Source: Nitrosospira multiformis ATCC 25196 (GTDB lineage Bacteria > Pseudomonadota > Gammaproteobacteria > Burkholderiales > Nitrosomonadaceae). From it: a stretch of DNA of 32,000 nt. The position numbers were made by a program, and so were the translations under genes. The DNA lies in assembly GCF_000196355.1 (NCBI RefSeq), contig NC_007614.1:2550001-2582000 (forward strand), in the 5' to 3' direction. The notes under the pieces were generated by a model, which worked only from the letters and a program-made list of their open reading frames with translations, did no database searches and had not been told where the DNA came from. Positions 19,977 to 29,687 of this stretch are shown piece after piece. Numbering within the stretch: the first letter of the stretch is position 1; every line of letters begins with the position of its first letter.

Positions 19977-20639
19977 ATGAAGAAAGAGTACTGGCTGGAA
20001 CGCTGGAGACAGGAAGAAATCGGTTTTCACCAGCGCGAGATCAATCCATATTTAAGCCGATATTGGCCGGAATTACAGGTTGCGCCCGGGAAACGGGTAT
20101 TCGTTCCCCTCTGCGGTAAAAGCCGTGACATGATATGGCTTCGCGAGCAGAACCTTTCTGTACTGGGGGTGGAATTAAGTCCTCTGGCAGTAGAGGCGTT
20201 CTTCAAGGAAAACGGCTATTCCCCCCGCCACATCATCGGCGAGAAATTCGATCAGTGGGATGCTGACGGCATCCATCTTCTGTGCGGAGATTTTTTCGAC
20301 CTGAAAAAAGACCATCTGGCGCAGGTGGACGCAGTGTACGACCGCGCCTCCCTCGTCGCCTTGCCCCCGGAAACCCGCCATGCATACACGGACCACTTGC
20401 TGTGCATTTTGCCGCCTGCAATCCGGATACTGCTCATTACTTTCGATTATCCCCAAGCTGAAATGTCCGGTCCGCCTTTTGCGGTTTCCACAGCCGAGGT
20501 AGAGGCACTTTACGGAAAGCGCACGGATATTCGTCTGCTCGCAAAATTCGACGTGCTGACGGAGAATCCGCGCTTTCAACAACGAGGCATAAGCCGGCTT
20601 CAGGAAAGCATCTTCCTTCTCATGACACGGACGGCATAA
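19977..20639 (+). CDS. tpm: Thiopurine S-methyltransferase
   Basis: 220 aa from M at 19977: YWLERWRQEEIGFHQREINPYLSRYWPEL...VFVPLCGKSRDMIWL...VYDRASLVALPPETRHAYTDHL. Track start at 19956 is upstream of the likely start. Confidence 0.93.
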   Translation: MKKEYWLERWRQEEIGFHQREINPYLSRYWPELQVAPGKRVFVPLCGKSRDMIWLREQNLSVLGVELSPLAVEAFFKENGYSPRHIIGEKFDQWDADGIHLLCGDFFDLKKDHLAQVDAVYDRASLVALPPETRHAYTDHLLCILPPAIRILLITFDYPQAEMSGPPFAVSTAEVEALYGKRTDIRLLAKFDVLTENPRFQQRGISRLQESIFLLMTRTA

Positions 20640-20810
20640 CACTTAAAGGAATCCCCCGGCACCTTGCCCCATCGTGAGAGAGATTCAAAGGCGCCTGTCT
20701 ATTAATAACGTGGTGTTTTTAATCCAGATTAAACTATGCTTGTAGTGGCTATATAAGAAATTCCAATTCTAGGCGAAGATGGCAAATAAACAATCCATGG
20801 GCGTGTTTTC

Positions 20811-21371
20811 ATGAAAGGAAAAAAAATGAGACCATACTTGTTATTCGTCTGTATCTTCTTGAGCGCGTGCGTCGGACTGCCGGCAGCAGTGCGAGACGTA
20901 CCGGTGGCAAAAGTCGGCTATGGCGAAGTAAGTCAGGACCCCAACAGCTATAAGGCTACATCCGTCCGTTGGGGGGGCGTGGTGATTGATGTTGAAAATG
21001 AAGAAAACTTCACCCTGGTGCAGGTGCTGTCCTATCCCCTCAATTATTCCGGACGGCCGCAACTGAACAAACAGAGCGAGGGACGTTTCGTGATCAAGAG
21101 CTCCGAATTTCTGGATCCTGCCGTTTATGCAAAGGATAGAGAACTCACAGTTGCGGGAACAATCGAAGGTGATATCGAGCGTACGATAGGAAAAAAACAC
21201 GTGCGTCTGCCTCTGCTTTCTTCCAAAGGCATTTATCTATGGCCGGTGTACCAATATCAGCCTTACGCTTATGGCGGGCCCGGCTACGGCTTCAGTCCAT
21301 ACTTCGGATATGGATATTATTATGGCGGCCCCTATTGGGGAGGATTCTACCGCCCCTACTGGTGGTATTAG
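20811..21371 (+). CDS. Slp-family outer-membrane lipoprotein with Tyr/Gly-rich C-terminus
   Basis: 186 aa. Signal peptide with lipobox LSAC; VRWGGVVIDVENEENFTLVQVLSYPLNYSGRPQ...GRFVIKSSEFLDPAVYAKDRELTVAGTIEG is Slp/YeaY-like. Confidence 0.87.
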   Translation: MKGKKMRPYLLFVCIFLSACVGLPAAVRDVPVAKVGYGEVSQDPNSYKATSVRWGGVVIDVENEENFTLVQVLSYPLNYSGRPQLNKQSEGRFVIKSSEFLDPAVYAKDRELTVAGTIEGDIERTIGKKHVRLPLLSSKGIYLWPVYQYQPYAYGGPGYGFSPYFGYGYYYGGPYWGGFYRPYWWY

Positions 21372-21636
21372 CAACCGTTTGACAAGTCCTCCTTGAGCAT
21401 TCTCGGTAAAGTCGGGATAATCATCACCCCGATGGAATGCATCGCCTTCATGGCGCGGTTTGCATGCCTTGGGATTGTTGTGATCTGTTCCGCCCTTTTT
21501 GAGAAAGCGATTTGAGTATCGGTCAAAACGTCGTTTTTCTTTATCTTCTCCCGGCAAATCCCCAAGGACGCAGATGCCATGTGCGGAATAGGGCATTGTG
21601 CGCCCTCTGTCCTGAGCGGCACTTCAATAAAATTTC

Positions 21637-22899
21637 ATGCGCAAACTTTTGATTGTCTCGGCTGGATTGCTATTGAGTTTTTCCCTGATCCTGGTCGTCC
21701 TAATCTCGCTCGCCATTGAAGATCGCCCCCGCATCAACCGTCAGGTCGTCCTGACACCCGATCACATAGAACGCGCAAAGCGCATTGTGGATAAGCATCG
21801 CTACTGGGTACGTCCGGGAATGTTCGCCGCTGCAAGGATAATGCCGGCGGATGCGGATCTGGCCGTAAATTATCTGGCGCGCAGGCTCCTGAAAGGCAGC
21901 GCTCACCTCACCCTTGCCCATCGAAGCGCAGTGATCCGCCTCAGCATTCCCCTTTCCGAGACTCCACTCAGCCGCTACTCGGATAGGTATCTCAACATTC
22001 AGGCATCTTTAGTCGAGACCGATCGCCTGCCACACCCCCGCTCGATCCAGGTCGGCAAACTTTCGTTGCCCGACGCGCTTACAGACATGCTCATGCCCCG
22101 GATACTGGAATGGTTAAGAGAGAGCCCGGAATACAAGGCCAGTTTGGATTCGCTTCGGATGGTAAAGGTTTCCCCGGATGAATTGACCATTGTTTATCGT
22201 TGGCGAGGTGGCCTCTCCCACGGAATGAAGGCCTCGATCATCGGCGAAGAGGAGCGCGAACGTTTGCTTCGTTATCAACGTCTGCTGGTGGAAAGCAGCA
22301 GAATAGGCGAGAAGGAATTACCGCTGTCGGCCGTGCTTTCACCGCTCATGCGTGCAGCTGCTGCGCAATCGACGGAAGCCGGCCCGCGTGCTGAAAACCG
22401 CGCCCTTATTCTGGTGGCCACGGCACATGTGCTGGGCATCTCCCTGAAACGGATTCTTCCAGGAAAAACAAACTGGCCCCGAGCCGAGCCCCAGGTGGTA
22501 ACCCTGGATGGCCGTGACGATTTTGCCAAGCACTTCATGGTATCCGCCGCGATTGCCGCCTATGCCGACACCGCGCTCGCGGATGCAATCGGGTTATACA
22601 AGGAATTCGAGGACTCCCGCCATGGCAGCGGCTTCTCCTTTAACGATCTTGCTGCAGATCACGCAGGCACAAAATTTGGAGAAAAAGCAGTAGCAAGCGA
22701 GACATCAGCCCAGCAACTTCAGTATCGCGTCCTCTCCGGCATTGAGGACACGGATTTGATGCCCTTCTGGTCCGATCTGCCGGAATTCATGCGGGAAGCC
22801 GAATTCAAAAGACGCTTCGGAGGAACCGGAACGCCAGCCTATGAAGAAATGATGCGAATTATCGAGCAACGGGTAGCGGATCTGGACGTGTTGCAATAA
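21637..22899 (+). CDS. Conserved-looking membrane-anchored or secreted protein of unknown function
   Basis: 420-aa ORF with N-terminal hydrophobic segment MRKLLIVSAGLLLSFSLILVVLISLAI. No domain recognised. Confidence 0.7.
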   Translation: MRKLLIVSAGLLLSFSLILVVLISLAIEDRPRINRQVVLTPDHIERAKRIVDKHRYWVRPGMFAAARIMPADADLAVNYLARRLLKGSAHLTLAHRSAVIRLSIPLSETPLSRYSDRYLNIQASLVETDRLPHPRSIQVGKLSLPDALTDMLMPRILEWLRESPEYKASLDSLRMVKVSPDELTIVYRWRGGLSHGMKASIIGEEERERLLRYQRLLVESSRIGEKELPLSAVLSPLMRAAAAQSTEAGPRAENRALILVATAHVLGISLKRILPGKTNWPRAEPQVVTLDGRDDFAKHFMVSAAIAAYADTALADAIGLYKEFEDSRHGSGFSFNDLAADHAGTKFGEKAVASETSAQQLQYRVLSGIEDTDLMPFWSDLPEFMREAEFKRRFGGTGTPAYEEMMRIIEQRVADLDVLQ

Positions 22900-23140
22900 G
22901 AGTTTTTCTCGACTCAACCGAGCGCCGAGCGGTTCCGGCGGGAGCATCGATACTCTTCTTCGGCAATACTCTTAACGGGCGGCTCCACTTTCACTTCCCA
23001 CGAAGGCAGCGGTCGAACTCGCGCAGGCTGCGAGCGCCGATAGGTTTTTCCAGGATTATGGAAGGGGGTATGTGAAAACTGACAGGCTCCGGCCGGCGAT
23101 ATCCGATTTTCTGCCGCCCGGAGTATTCAGGAAAAAATGC

Positions 23141-23533
23141 TTATAGTCTGTTGAGGAACGATGAAATCGTCGGCCACGTCCACGCATCGATCTCGCGGTC
23201 TCCAACGGGTTCAGGCAGTTTGGAGGGGAGCTTGTCAGAATCTCCGTGAATAAGCAGTACAGGCATCCTCGCATCGTAGGCGCAACGCAGTTCCCACTGC
23301 TGGCCGTCGGCTCTGACATAGTTTTTGGTAATCAGGCCAATCACGCCATCACATCCCCTCACCGTCTCCCGGCACTCGTCTTTCCAGGAAGGCTCCCAGG
23401 ATTGTTTGACAGGCATCTCCACAAAGGAAAATGTTGTTTGCTCCTTGTTCAATTGCTCCAGCAGCTGATCGTGAGCACTCCTGTCCTTGAGTGCAAAACT
23501 GATAAAGACCTTGTTTGTTTTTTCAGCCATCAA
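23141..23533 (-). CDS. Small stand-alone TIR-like domain protein (MTH538/ThsB-like)
   Basis: 130 aa: KVFISFALKDRSAHDQLLEQLNKEQ...WKDECRETVRGCDGVIGLITKNYVRADGQQWELRCAYDARMPVLLIHGDSD, the TIR-like beta-alpha pattern with W-E in the WEL position. Confidence 0.75.
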   Translation of the reverse strand: MMAEKTNKVFISFALKDRSAHDQLLEQLNKEQTTFSFVEMPVKQSWEPSWKDECRETVRGCDGVIGLITKNYVRADGQQWELRCAYDARMPVLLIHGDSDKLPSKLPEPVGDREIDAWTWPTISSFLNRL

Positions 23534-23625
23534 TTACCCCCTCATTTATTATTAGCGCAGAATTCCAAGTCCCAATCATCCTCTCCGCCAGCAGCGGCAG
23601 GCTCTCCCTTGATCGTTCAAATATC

Positions 23626-24015
23626 TCACGCTCCTGAGCCGCGCCTTGCGGTTACCTGTATCTCGATGCGCATACGCGGATCGGACAGTCCGGCGGCCAG
23701 CATCATTGCCGCTGGCCTTACATCCCCGAGATATTTCCGGAATACGGGCCAGCACTTGGGGAAGTTGGCAGCCTCAGGCAATATATAGGTGACCCGCACA
23801 ATATCTCTCATGCTTGCCCCGGCCTCATCCAGAGCAGCACCGATATTTCTGAAACATTGTTCAGTCTGCTCGAGAAGATCGTCCGAAATTGTCATTTTGC
23901 TGTAGTCAAAGCCTGTCGTGCCTGAGACGAAGACCCAGTCACCCTCAACCACAGCCCTGGAGTAACCGATCTCCTGTTCGAAGGTGGAGCCTGAACTGAT
24001 CAATCTGCGTGTCAT
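23626..24015 (-). CDS. RidA/YjgF family protein
   Basis: 129 aa: YSRAVVEGDWVFVSGTTGFD...QTEQCFRNIGAALDEAGASMRDIVRVTYIL...RPAAMMLAAGLSDPRMRIEIQVTA. Confidence 0.92.
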   Translation of the reverse strand: MTRRLISSGSTFEQEIGYSRAVVEGDWVFVSGTTGFDYSKMTISDDLLEQTEQCFRNIGAALDEAGASMRDIVRVTYILPEAANFPKCWPVFRKYLGDVRPAAMMLAAGLSDPRMRIEIQVTARRGSGA

Positions 24016-24089
24016 CTGAGCTTCCTGTTTTTATGGTCGGCAGGCGGACAAACCTCCACCGCTTTTCCGGATACAGCTGGTCGTCTTCC

Positions 24090-24551
24090 TCAGTGAGAGA
24101 AACACTGATTCTTGTCGGATACCACCGTGCATGCATATTTCATTTGCTGCACGTGGCCAGCGCGATTGAATATGTATTCGGCCCGCAGGGCTTTGAATTG
24201 AGCATCCGTAAACGAAATCGAGTTAGCTACGTGACGTTCTTCATTCCAGAATCTGACTCTGCAGAAATCGGGTTCCGATCGGCATATCTTGCTGAGCGCC
24301 GCGCCATAAACCGCCTTATCCATATCCCGCTTGCCATCGATCAGGACCATATGGATATAGTTTTTTGAGTTGCCAAGCTGAATTGAGCGCACGAGGCGCC
24401 AACCGTCTCCATGAGGCAATTCCCGGGATGAAGCCGATTGAGATTGTGACTGTGATTCTGGTTGCTGCAACGGGAAGACAGAGACGGGCCATGACAGAAT
24501 AATAGCGAATGCAGTCGCTATTATTCTCTTGTCCTTTACTCTCTTGTTCAT
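24090..24551 (-). CDS. Secreted protein of unknown function
   Basis: 153-aa ORF with N-terminal signal-like segment IIATAFAIILSWPVSVFPL and four cysteines in the mature part. No domain recognised. Confidence 0.55.
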   Translation of the reverse strand: MNKRVKDKRIIATAFAIILSWPVSVFPLQQPESQSQSQSASSRELPHGDGWRLVRSIQLGNSKNYIHMVLIDGKRDMDKAVYGAALSKICRSEPDFCRVRFWNEERHVANSISFTDAQFKALRAEYIFNRAGHVQQMKYACTVVSDKNQCFSH

Positions 24552-25092
24552 GATACTCCTTTACGGAATTTCTCCGCACTGGTCAAAATCGGCAATAAAA
24601 AAGAACTCGCCTCACCTCAGGGAGGAACCGGGCCTCGCTCTGTTCTCAACCTGTCCTGTTCCCTGGCTCTGGAACAAACAACTGCTGTTCAAGAACTCTC
24701 AAGGACTAAATCCAATTTATTTTATCAACAAAGAAAGGGGTCAACAAGGAAATACCGGTTGCGGAAAAGCCGTATTAAGCCGTATTCCAGCGCCGCGGTG
24801 GGTAGAAATACTGCTTCCATACATCGACGCGGCATTCGGCCGCATCGATCCACCACCACGGAACTATCGACACACGCCGGTTCCGTTAAATCCGGAGGAG
24901 GTTGGATTCAGCCCTCGCGAAATCGCGATAATGGAGTGGATCCGGAGGGGTAAAACGATTCCTGAAACGGCTGCGATACTGGAAGTCAGCACTTTTACGG
25001 TAAAAAATTGCCTGCTGGATCTATTCCAGAAACTGCATGCTGCCGACAGCGGAGAAAGCACCGCCGAACAACAAATAAGGTTTTCGCATTGA
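24529..25092 (+). CDS. LuxR-type HTH protein, probably an N-terminally truncated regulator; true start uncertain
   Basis: The C-terminus FSPREIAIMEWIRRGKTIPETAAILEVSTFTVKNCLLDLFQKLHA is a LuxR HTH. The upstream part resembles only the tail of a sensor domain (RWVEILLPYIDAAFGRI). Confidence 0.5.
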   Translation: MSFTLLFMILLYGISPHWSKSAIKKNSPHLREEPGLALFSTCPVPWLWNKQLLFKNSQGLNPIYFINKERGQQGNTGCGKAVLSRIPAPRWVEILLPYIDAAFGRIDPPPRNYRHTPVPLNPEEVGFSPREIAIMEWIRRGKTIPETAAILEVSTFTVKNCLLDLFQKLHAADSGESTAEQQIRFSH

Positions 25093-25146
25093 CACAGTAT
25101 ACATTGGAACCGGTCTTATTCCTTGAAAACGACAGCATGACTCCCT

Positions 25147-27531
25147 TTATTGGGGAAGCGCCTGTGCCATCGGCCGAAACTGCAAGTGATAGAACATGTT
25201 GAGGTAACGCGCGGTTTCTTCATGCTCCAGTTTACTGACGAACTTCCAGAAACCGTAAATACGTGATAGCGTCATCATTCTCTCGGCATAGAGTCGCCAG
25301 GTATAGCGCGCTTCGACCCTTTGCAAGGCTTTCTGCGAAATCCTGTCCCAAAAACCTGGATCGGCCGCCACCCGCTCAAAAAAATCCGCCATGGCGGAAG
25401 CTCCCGCCAATCCATCGTTGGGATCGAAATGATAGCCCGAAACCCCATGTTGAATGATTTCGCGCGGGCCGCCATAGCAGGTGGCGAATACAGGCAGACC
25501 GGAGGCCATGGCCTCGATAATGGTCAACCCGAATGCCTCGAATCGCGCCGGCTGAACAAAAATGCCGCGACGGTCCGCCACGTGCCGGTACAGCTCACCG
25601 GCAAGATTCTTTTCCAGCCGGGTGCCAAGCCAGCGCATGCGCCCCTCCAGTTTGTACTCGTTCATGAGGGCATGCATGTGCTCGATCTCGGCACGCTCCT
25701 CCCCATCACAGGAGGCTGCTGGATCGATATGCCCGCCGATTACCAGAAGGTTGGCGGCAGTCGATAAGGCCTCACACTGCCCGAACCACGCGGCGAGGCC
25801 GGTAAGATTCTTCACCGTGTCCAGGCGAGCCATTGTAAAAATCAAAGGTTTCGCAGGATCCGCGAAGTAGCCCCGGCAGGGCACGCCCGGATCATCCCCG
25901 TACAAGAGACGCTCGATGTCCGGAATCAGGGCGTCCAGACGCCGCTCGTGATCGAGATAAGAAAAATAAACTTCTGCATCCGCACCCGGCGAAACGATAT
26001 TGAACTTGGGATCGAAAAGGTCAATGCCGTTCACCACCCGGTATAAGCCGGGCATCGTATAGTTCTGGTATGTTTCATATTGGCCTACCGTCTGCTCGGT
26101 ACCGGCAATTTCCTGAAAGGTGCTGGTGATGATGAAATCAGCGCTGTTCATCGCAATAAGATCGGCGGTATATTGGCAGTTGAAGTGATACTGGGCTTCG
26201 TTCTCCCGCCAATACAACGCCGAGTGCAGGTACTTGCTCTGCTCAAGTGCATGCGCAATATTGCACTGGGTTACACCAATCCGTTTGGAAATCAGCGAGG
26301 CGACAAGATTTCCATCGGAATAGTTGCCTATGATCAGGTCGGGCCTACCGCTGAGCTGGGCCAGAGCTTCGCGTTCAATGTCATGCGCAAAATTTTCCAG
26401 GTATGGCCATATCTCGAACCGGGAAATCCAATGGCGAACGATTTCACCACTCCCTTTTCGGAATGGCACTCGCACGATCCATGAATTCTGGGTACCGTGG
26501 ATTTTTTCCAGGGGCTGGTGGCAAAGTGTATCGCCCGCGTCAGGAATGAGGCGCGTGCCAATCAGGATTTTTGGCGCCGCATCTATTCCCTGCAATATCA
26601 GGCGCTCGCTCATTTCCCGTTCCAGAGCCCGCACCTGATCGAGGATGTATACCACCTGACCGCCCGTGTCCGGCAATCCCAACACGTTATCCTGACCGAA
26701 GTAGCCATGGGGAGACAGGATTAGCAGTTTCGAGATCATCGGAATACGGGCGAGGAAGCTCTCCAGGATCTGGGGAGAAGGGGCTTCCAGAATATCCACC
26801 AGCAAACTCATCGTCTCGCTCACACGGCCCACGCAATTTCCCCAGCCGGGTGCAAAACCGATACCTCCAAGGGGTTCGGCAACATCCTTCCACTCGGTAT
26901 CGTCGGGATACTTCTCAAGCATGCTCAGAGCCCTGCGCAATCCGGAACGCAGCGCCGGCACATCGGCAAAATTGCCGCCCAGCATCAACTGCTTCCCGTC
27001 CATGGAATGGACTGTCAGGAAATGCAGCAGCTTGTCCGACCCCAACCCCAGTTGCCCAAACAGTCCTCCGGCAAGTTGCTTGTTGAGGAAAATCACACCC
27101 TGCCCTATGGACCGGATTTCCTTGAGCTTTGGAGAACCGCGATTAAAAGGCGCAAAATCAATTTCCAGCACGGGCTCATTCGCCCCCTCCGGATTTACCA
27201 GCAGCTCCTTGAAAGCGAGATATTCCGACACGGTGACAGCCTCGGGGATTAGCCTATCCAGATGCAAGCGTGCGTACCACCAGCACCCCGCCTCCTCGCG
27301 CGCCGCCATGTAGACTATTGGCGGCCGGCATACCGCTTCCTGCAGAGTGTTTACGATTTCTCGTACCTGCGAATCAGCAAGCAAAGACGCCTGCTCCGCG
27401 CTCAACGCATTAAAAACCGCTCCCAGATCGGAATGAAGCAAAAGCGGCCTTTCCAGTTCGAACCATCTGCGCAGAAGCGTATACATATCACCGCGATGAT
27501 CGGCAGCCCAGGCTTCAAATTTGTGCAGCAT
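25147..27531 (-). CDS. Sucrose synthase
   Basis: About 794 aa from M at 27531 ([24 protein letters not shown]). Motifs [90 protein letters not shown] site upstream of 27531. The track start at 27627 would overlap sps by 113 bp. Confidence 0.94.
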   Translation of the reverse strand: MLHKFEAWAADHRGDMYTLLRRWFELERPLLLHSDLGAVFNALSAEQASLLADSQVREIVNTLQEAVCRPPIVYMAAREEAGCWWYARLHLDRLIPEAVTVSEYLAFKELLVNPEGANEPVLEIDFAPFNRGSPKLKEIRSIGQGVIFLNKQLAGGLFGQLGLGSDKLLHFLTVHSMDGKQLMLGGNFADVPALRSGLRRALSMLEKYPDDTEWKDVAEPLGGIGFAPGWGNCVGRVSETMSLLVDILEAPSPQILESFLARIPMISKLLILSPHGYFGQDNVLGLPDTGGQVVYILDQVRALEREMSERLILQGIDAAPKILIGTRLIPDAGDTLCHQPLEKIHGTQNSWIVRVPFRKGSGEIVRHWISRFEIWPYLENFAHDIEREALAQLSGRPDLIIGNYSDGNLVASLISKRIGVTQCNIAHALEQSKYLHSALYWRENEAQYHFNCQYTADLIAMNSADFIITSTFQEIAGTEQTVGQYETYQNYTMPGLYRVVNGIDLFDPKFNIVSPGADAEVYFSYLDHERRLDALIPDIERLLYGDDPGVPCRGYFADPAKPLIFTMARLDTVKNLTGLAAWFGQCEALSTAANLLVIGGHIDPAASCDGEERAEIEHMHALMNEYKLEGRMRWLGTRLEKNLAGELYRHVADRRGIFVQPARFEAFGLTIIEAMASGLPVFATCYGGPREIIQHGVSGYHFDPNDGLAGASAMADFFERVAADPGFWDRISQKALQRVEARYTWRLYAERMMTLSRIYGFWKFVSKLEHEETARYLNMFYHLQFRPMAQALPQ

Positions 27532-29680
27532 TTGCAGTCTCCATGATGGAAGTACCAAATTCATAATGTGCCATGCCCTCTGCAATGCCATCGGCATATG
27601 CGGACCGGGCAAAATAGATTTGCTCATTTCCTTTCAGGCTTGCGAGTTCGGGACTATGGTTGGCGACTATGACGCCGAGGGTATCACCGATCAGCATTTC
27701 ATGATCGTTGCCGGAATCTCCTGCGACCAGAAACGCACGTAGCGGCAGCCCCCACTTGTAGGCAAGATAACGTATTGCCCGCCCTTTGGACGCTCTCAGT
27801 GGCAACACGTCGAGATAAGTCCGGCGCGAGTAAATCAGGTGTGCCGACAGGTTCTGCTCGCGCAACAATGTGCGGATTTTGGCTATTGGCGGCATTTTTT
27901 CCGGATCCACGTTGTAGCTGAGCTTGAATTCGCGCTGGTTTTCGGCTGCCTGCAGCGTCAGTCCCGGCACCCCCCGCAATACGTTTTCAATGGCATCGCG
28001 GCGCCATAGATACTTGATCAGGTTCTGCCACCCGGTATCCGGACGAAGCTCGGGACCATAATAGATTTCGCTGCCCACTGCGGTGATCAGCACATCGGGC
28101 AAGGGTACGCCCCATTCCTTCAATATTTTCACGGCGCTTTCCAGCGTGCGGCCAGTAGCGACACCAAAGCCCAGGTTGGGGGGGGTCGCGCGCAAAATAG
28201 CAAGAAGGCGACGCAGGGCAGCACGGTCGCCAAGCAACGTATTGTCTATATCCGTGATGAGCATATGCGATATCAAGGGCAACGGGCGCGGTTGCCTTTG
28301 ATATATCGCCAGGTTCCGGCGGATGCGCTTACGCTCGTGATGCAGCAGACGCGACAGAACATGCAGATATTTCCTGACATGCGCGTCCCACGTGTAGTGG
28401 TTTTTTACCCCTGAAACGCCATTTCGCGCCCAGCGTCGCCAGCGCACGGGATCAGCAAGCGCATACTCGATCGCTCCGGCAATCGCGCCGATGTCCGATG
28501 GATTTACCAGTAGCCCATTTTTGCAGTTCGCCACGATATCGCGAGGCCCTCCATCTTCTGTCGCGACAATGGGAAGCCCGCTGGCGGCAGCTTCGATCAG
28601 TGTAAGGCCGAAGGGTTCGGTAAGCGCCGGATTGATAAACACGCCACGGCGCTGAGCTGCGAGCCGGTAGAAACCGGCGATGTCGGAAGGCTTGTGGTGT
28701 TTGGGCAGGGCCACCTTGCCCCATAAATCGTAGCGGTCGATATCCAGCAGCAGGCCGGTCATCACTTCGTTCTGGGCAGCATCCAGTTGACGGATGTCAT
28801 CCCGGTTGCCTGCCACGATGGCGAGATTGGCCTGTTCATGGAGTTTAGGCGAACTGCCGAAGGCAGCGACCAGCGCCCCCAGATTTTTTCGAATTTCAGG
28901 ACGGCAAATGGTCAATATCAGGGGCTTGCGCGGGTGCGCGAGAAAGCGATCGATGAGACCCGCAGTCTCCACTTCCACTGGTTTTTGACGATTGGGAGGA
29001 GAGAAACGCGATATATCGGTCCCCGGCGGAATGACAACCGCGCGTTCGGGGTGATAATTGGTGTATAACCCGTATTGCTCGACGCTTTCCTGAGGCGTGC
29101 TGGTTATGATCAGGCTAGCATGTTGCAATACTGCTTCCTCGGTAGCTATTCGCCTGTAAAAGCTGAACTGGCGCTCCAGTGCCTGTGGCTTCCGGCCTTG
29201 TGCCAGCAGGCGTTGTTGCTTGCTGCGTCCCAATGAGTGTCCGGTATGAATCTGAGGGATGCCCAATAGTTGGGAAAGCTGCATGCCGACATAACCGGCG
29301 TCGGCATAATGACTGTGGATAACATCCGGCAAGCGCTTCTGCCCGCGGAGAAAAAGCAGCGCGCGATCCACCAGTTGATCCAGGTAGGGCCAAAGGCTTT
29401 CCTTGCGCAGATAGCGCCGGGGACCGCACTGAAGGCGGATAATGCGCGCATTGTTGCCCAGCGTTTCCTCAGGACGGGCATAATCCGGGGAAACCGAAGG
29501 ATCTTCTATCCTTCGCGTGAGCAGATCCACTTTGCCCACCTGCGGCTGACGCGCCAGGGCTCGCGCCAACTCCACTACATACAGCACCTGGCCCCCCGTA
29601 TCCGCATCGCACCCCAACTCCATGTCGTTTCCCCGAATCAGGCCGTGCAGGCTCAGCATCAGTACGTATAACTCTTTCAT
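27515..29680 (-). CDS. Sucrose-phosphate synthase (glycosyltransferase) with C-terminal HAD sucrose-phosphatase-like domain
   Basis: 721 aa from M at 29680 ([42 protein letters not shown]). GT-B motif [24 protein letters not shown]; HAD motifs [11 protein letters not shown] and [12 protein letters not shown]. Site GGAG at TAGGAGACGGATG. Confidence 0.94.
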   Translation of the reverse strand: MKELYVLMLSLHGLIRGNDMELGCDADTGGQVLYVVELARALARQPQVGKVDLLTRRIEDPSVSPDYARPEETLGNNARIIRLQCGPRRYLRKESLWPYLDQLVDRALLFLRGQKRLPDVIHSHYADAGYVGMQLSQLLGIPQIHTGHSLGRSKQQRLLAQGRKPQALERQFSFYRRIATEEAVLQHASLIITSTPQESVEQYGLYTNYHPERAVVIPPGTDISRFSPPNRQKPVEVETAGLIDRFLAHPRKPLILTICRPEIRKNLGALVAAFGSSPKLHEQANLAIVAGNRDDIRQLDAAQNEVMTGLLLDIDRYDLWGKVALPKHHKPSDIAGFYRLAAQRRGVFINPALTEPFGLTLIEAAASGLPIVATEDGGPRDIVANCKNGLLVNPSDIGAIAGAIEYALADPVRWRRWARNGVSGVKNHYTWDAHVRKYLHVLSRLLHHERKRIRRNLAIYQRQPRPLPLISHMLITDIDNTLLGDRAALRRLLAILRATPPNLGFGVATGRTLESAVKILKEWGVPLPDVLITAVGSEIYYGPELRPDTGWQNLIKYLWRRDAIENVLRGVPGLTLQAAENQREFKLSYNVDPEKMPPIAKIRTLLREQNLSAHLIYSRRTYLDVLPLRASKGRAIRYLAYKWGLPLRAFLVAGDSGNDHEMLIGDTLGVIVANHSPELASLKGNEQIYFARSAYADGIAEGMAHYEFGTSIMETANAAQI

Positions 29681-29687
29681 CCGTCTC

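Noticed and set aside
23141-24015. A complete Thoeris or other named defence system
   Set aside because: Only a TIR-like protein is present; no ThsA-like or other effector is seen. RidA is not a known Thoeris component.
27532-27627. N-terminal extension of sucrose synthase from the track start at 27627
   Set aside because: It would overlap sps by 113 bp, while M at 27531 has a GGAG site and begins where sucrose synthase N-termini are expected. I kept the shorter form.
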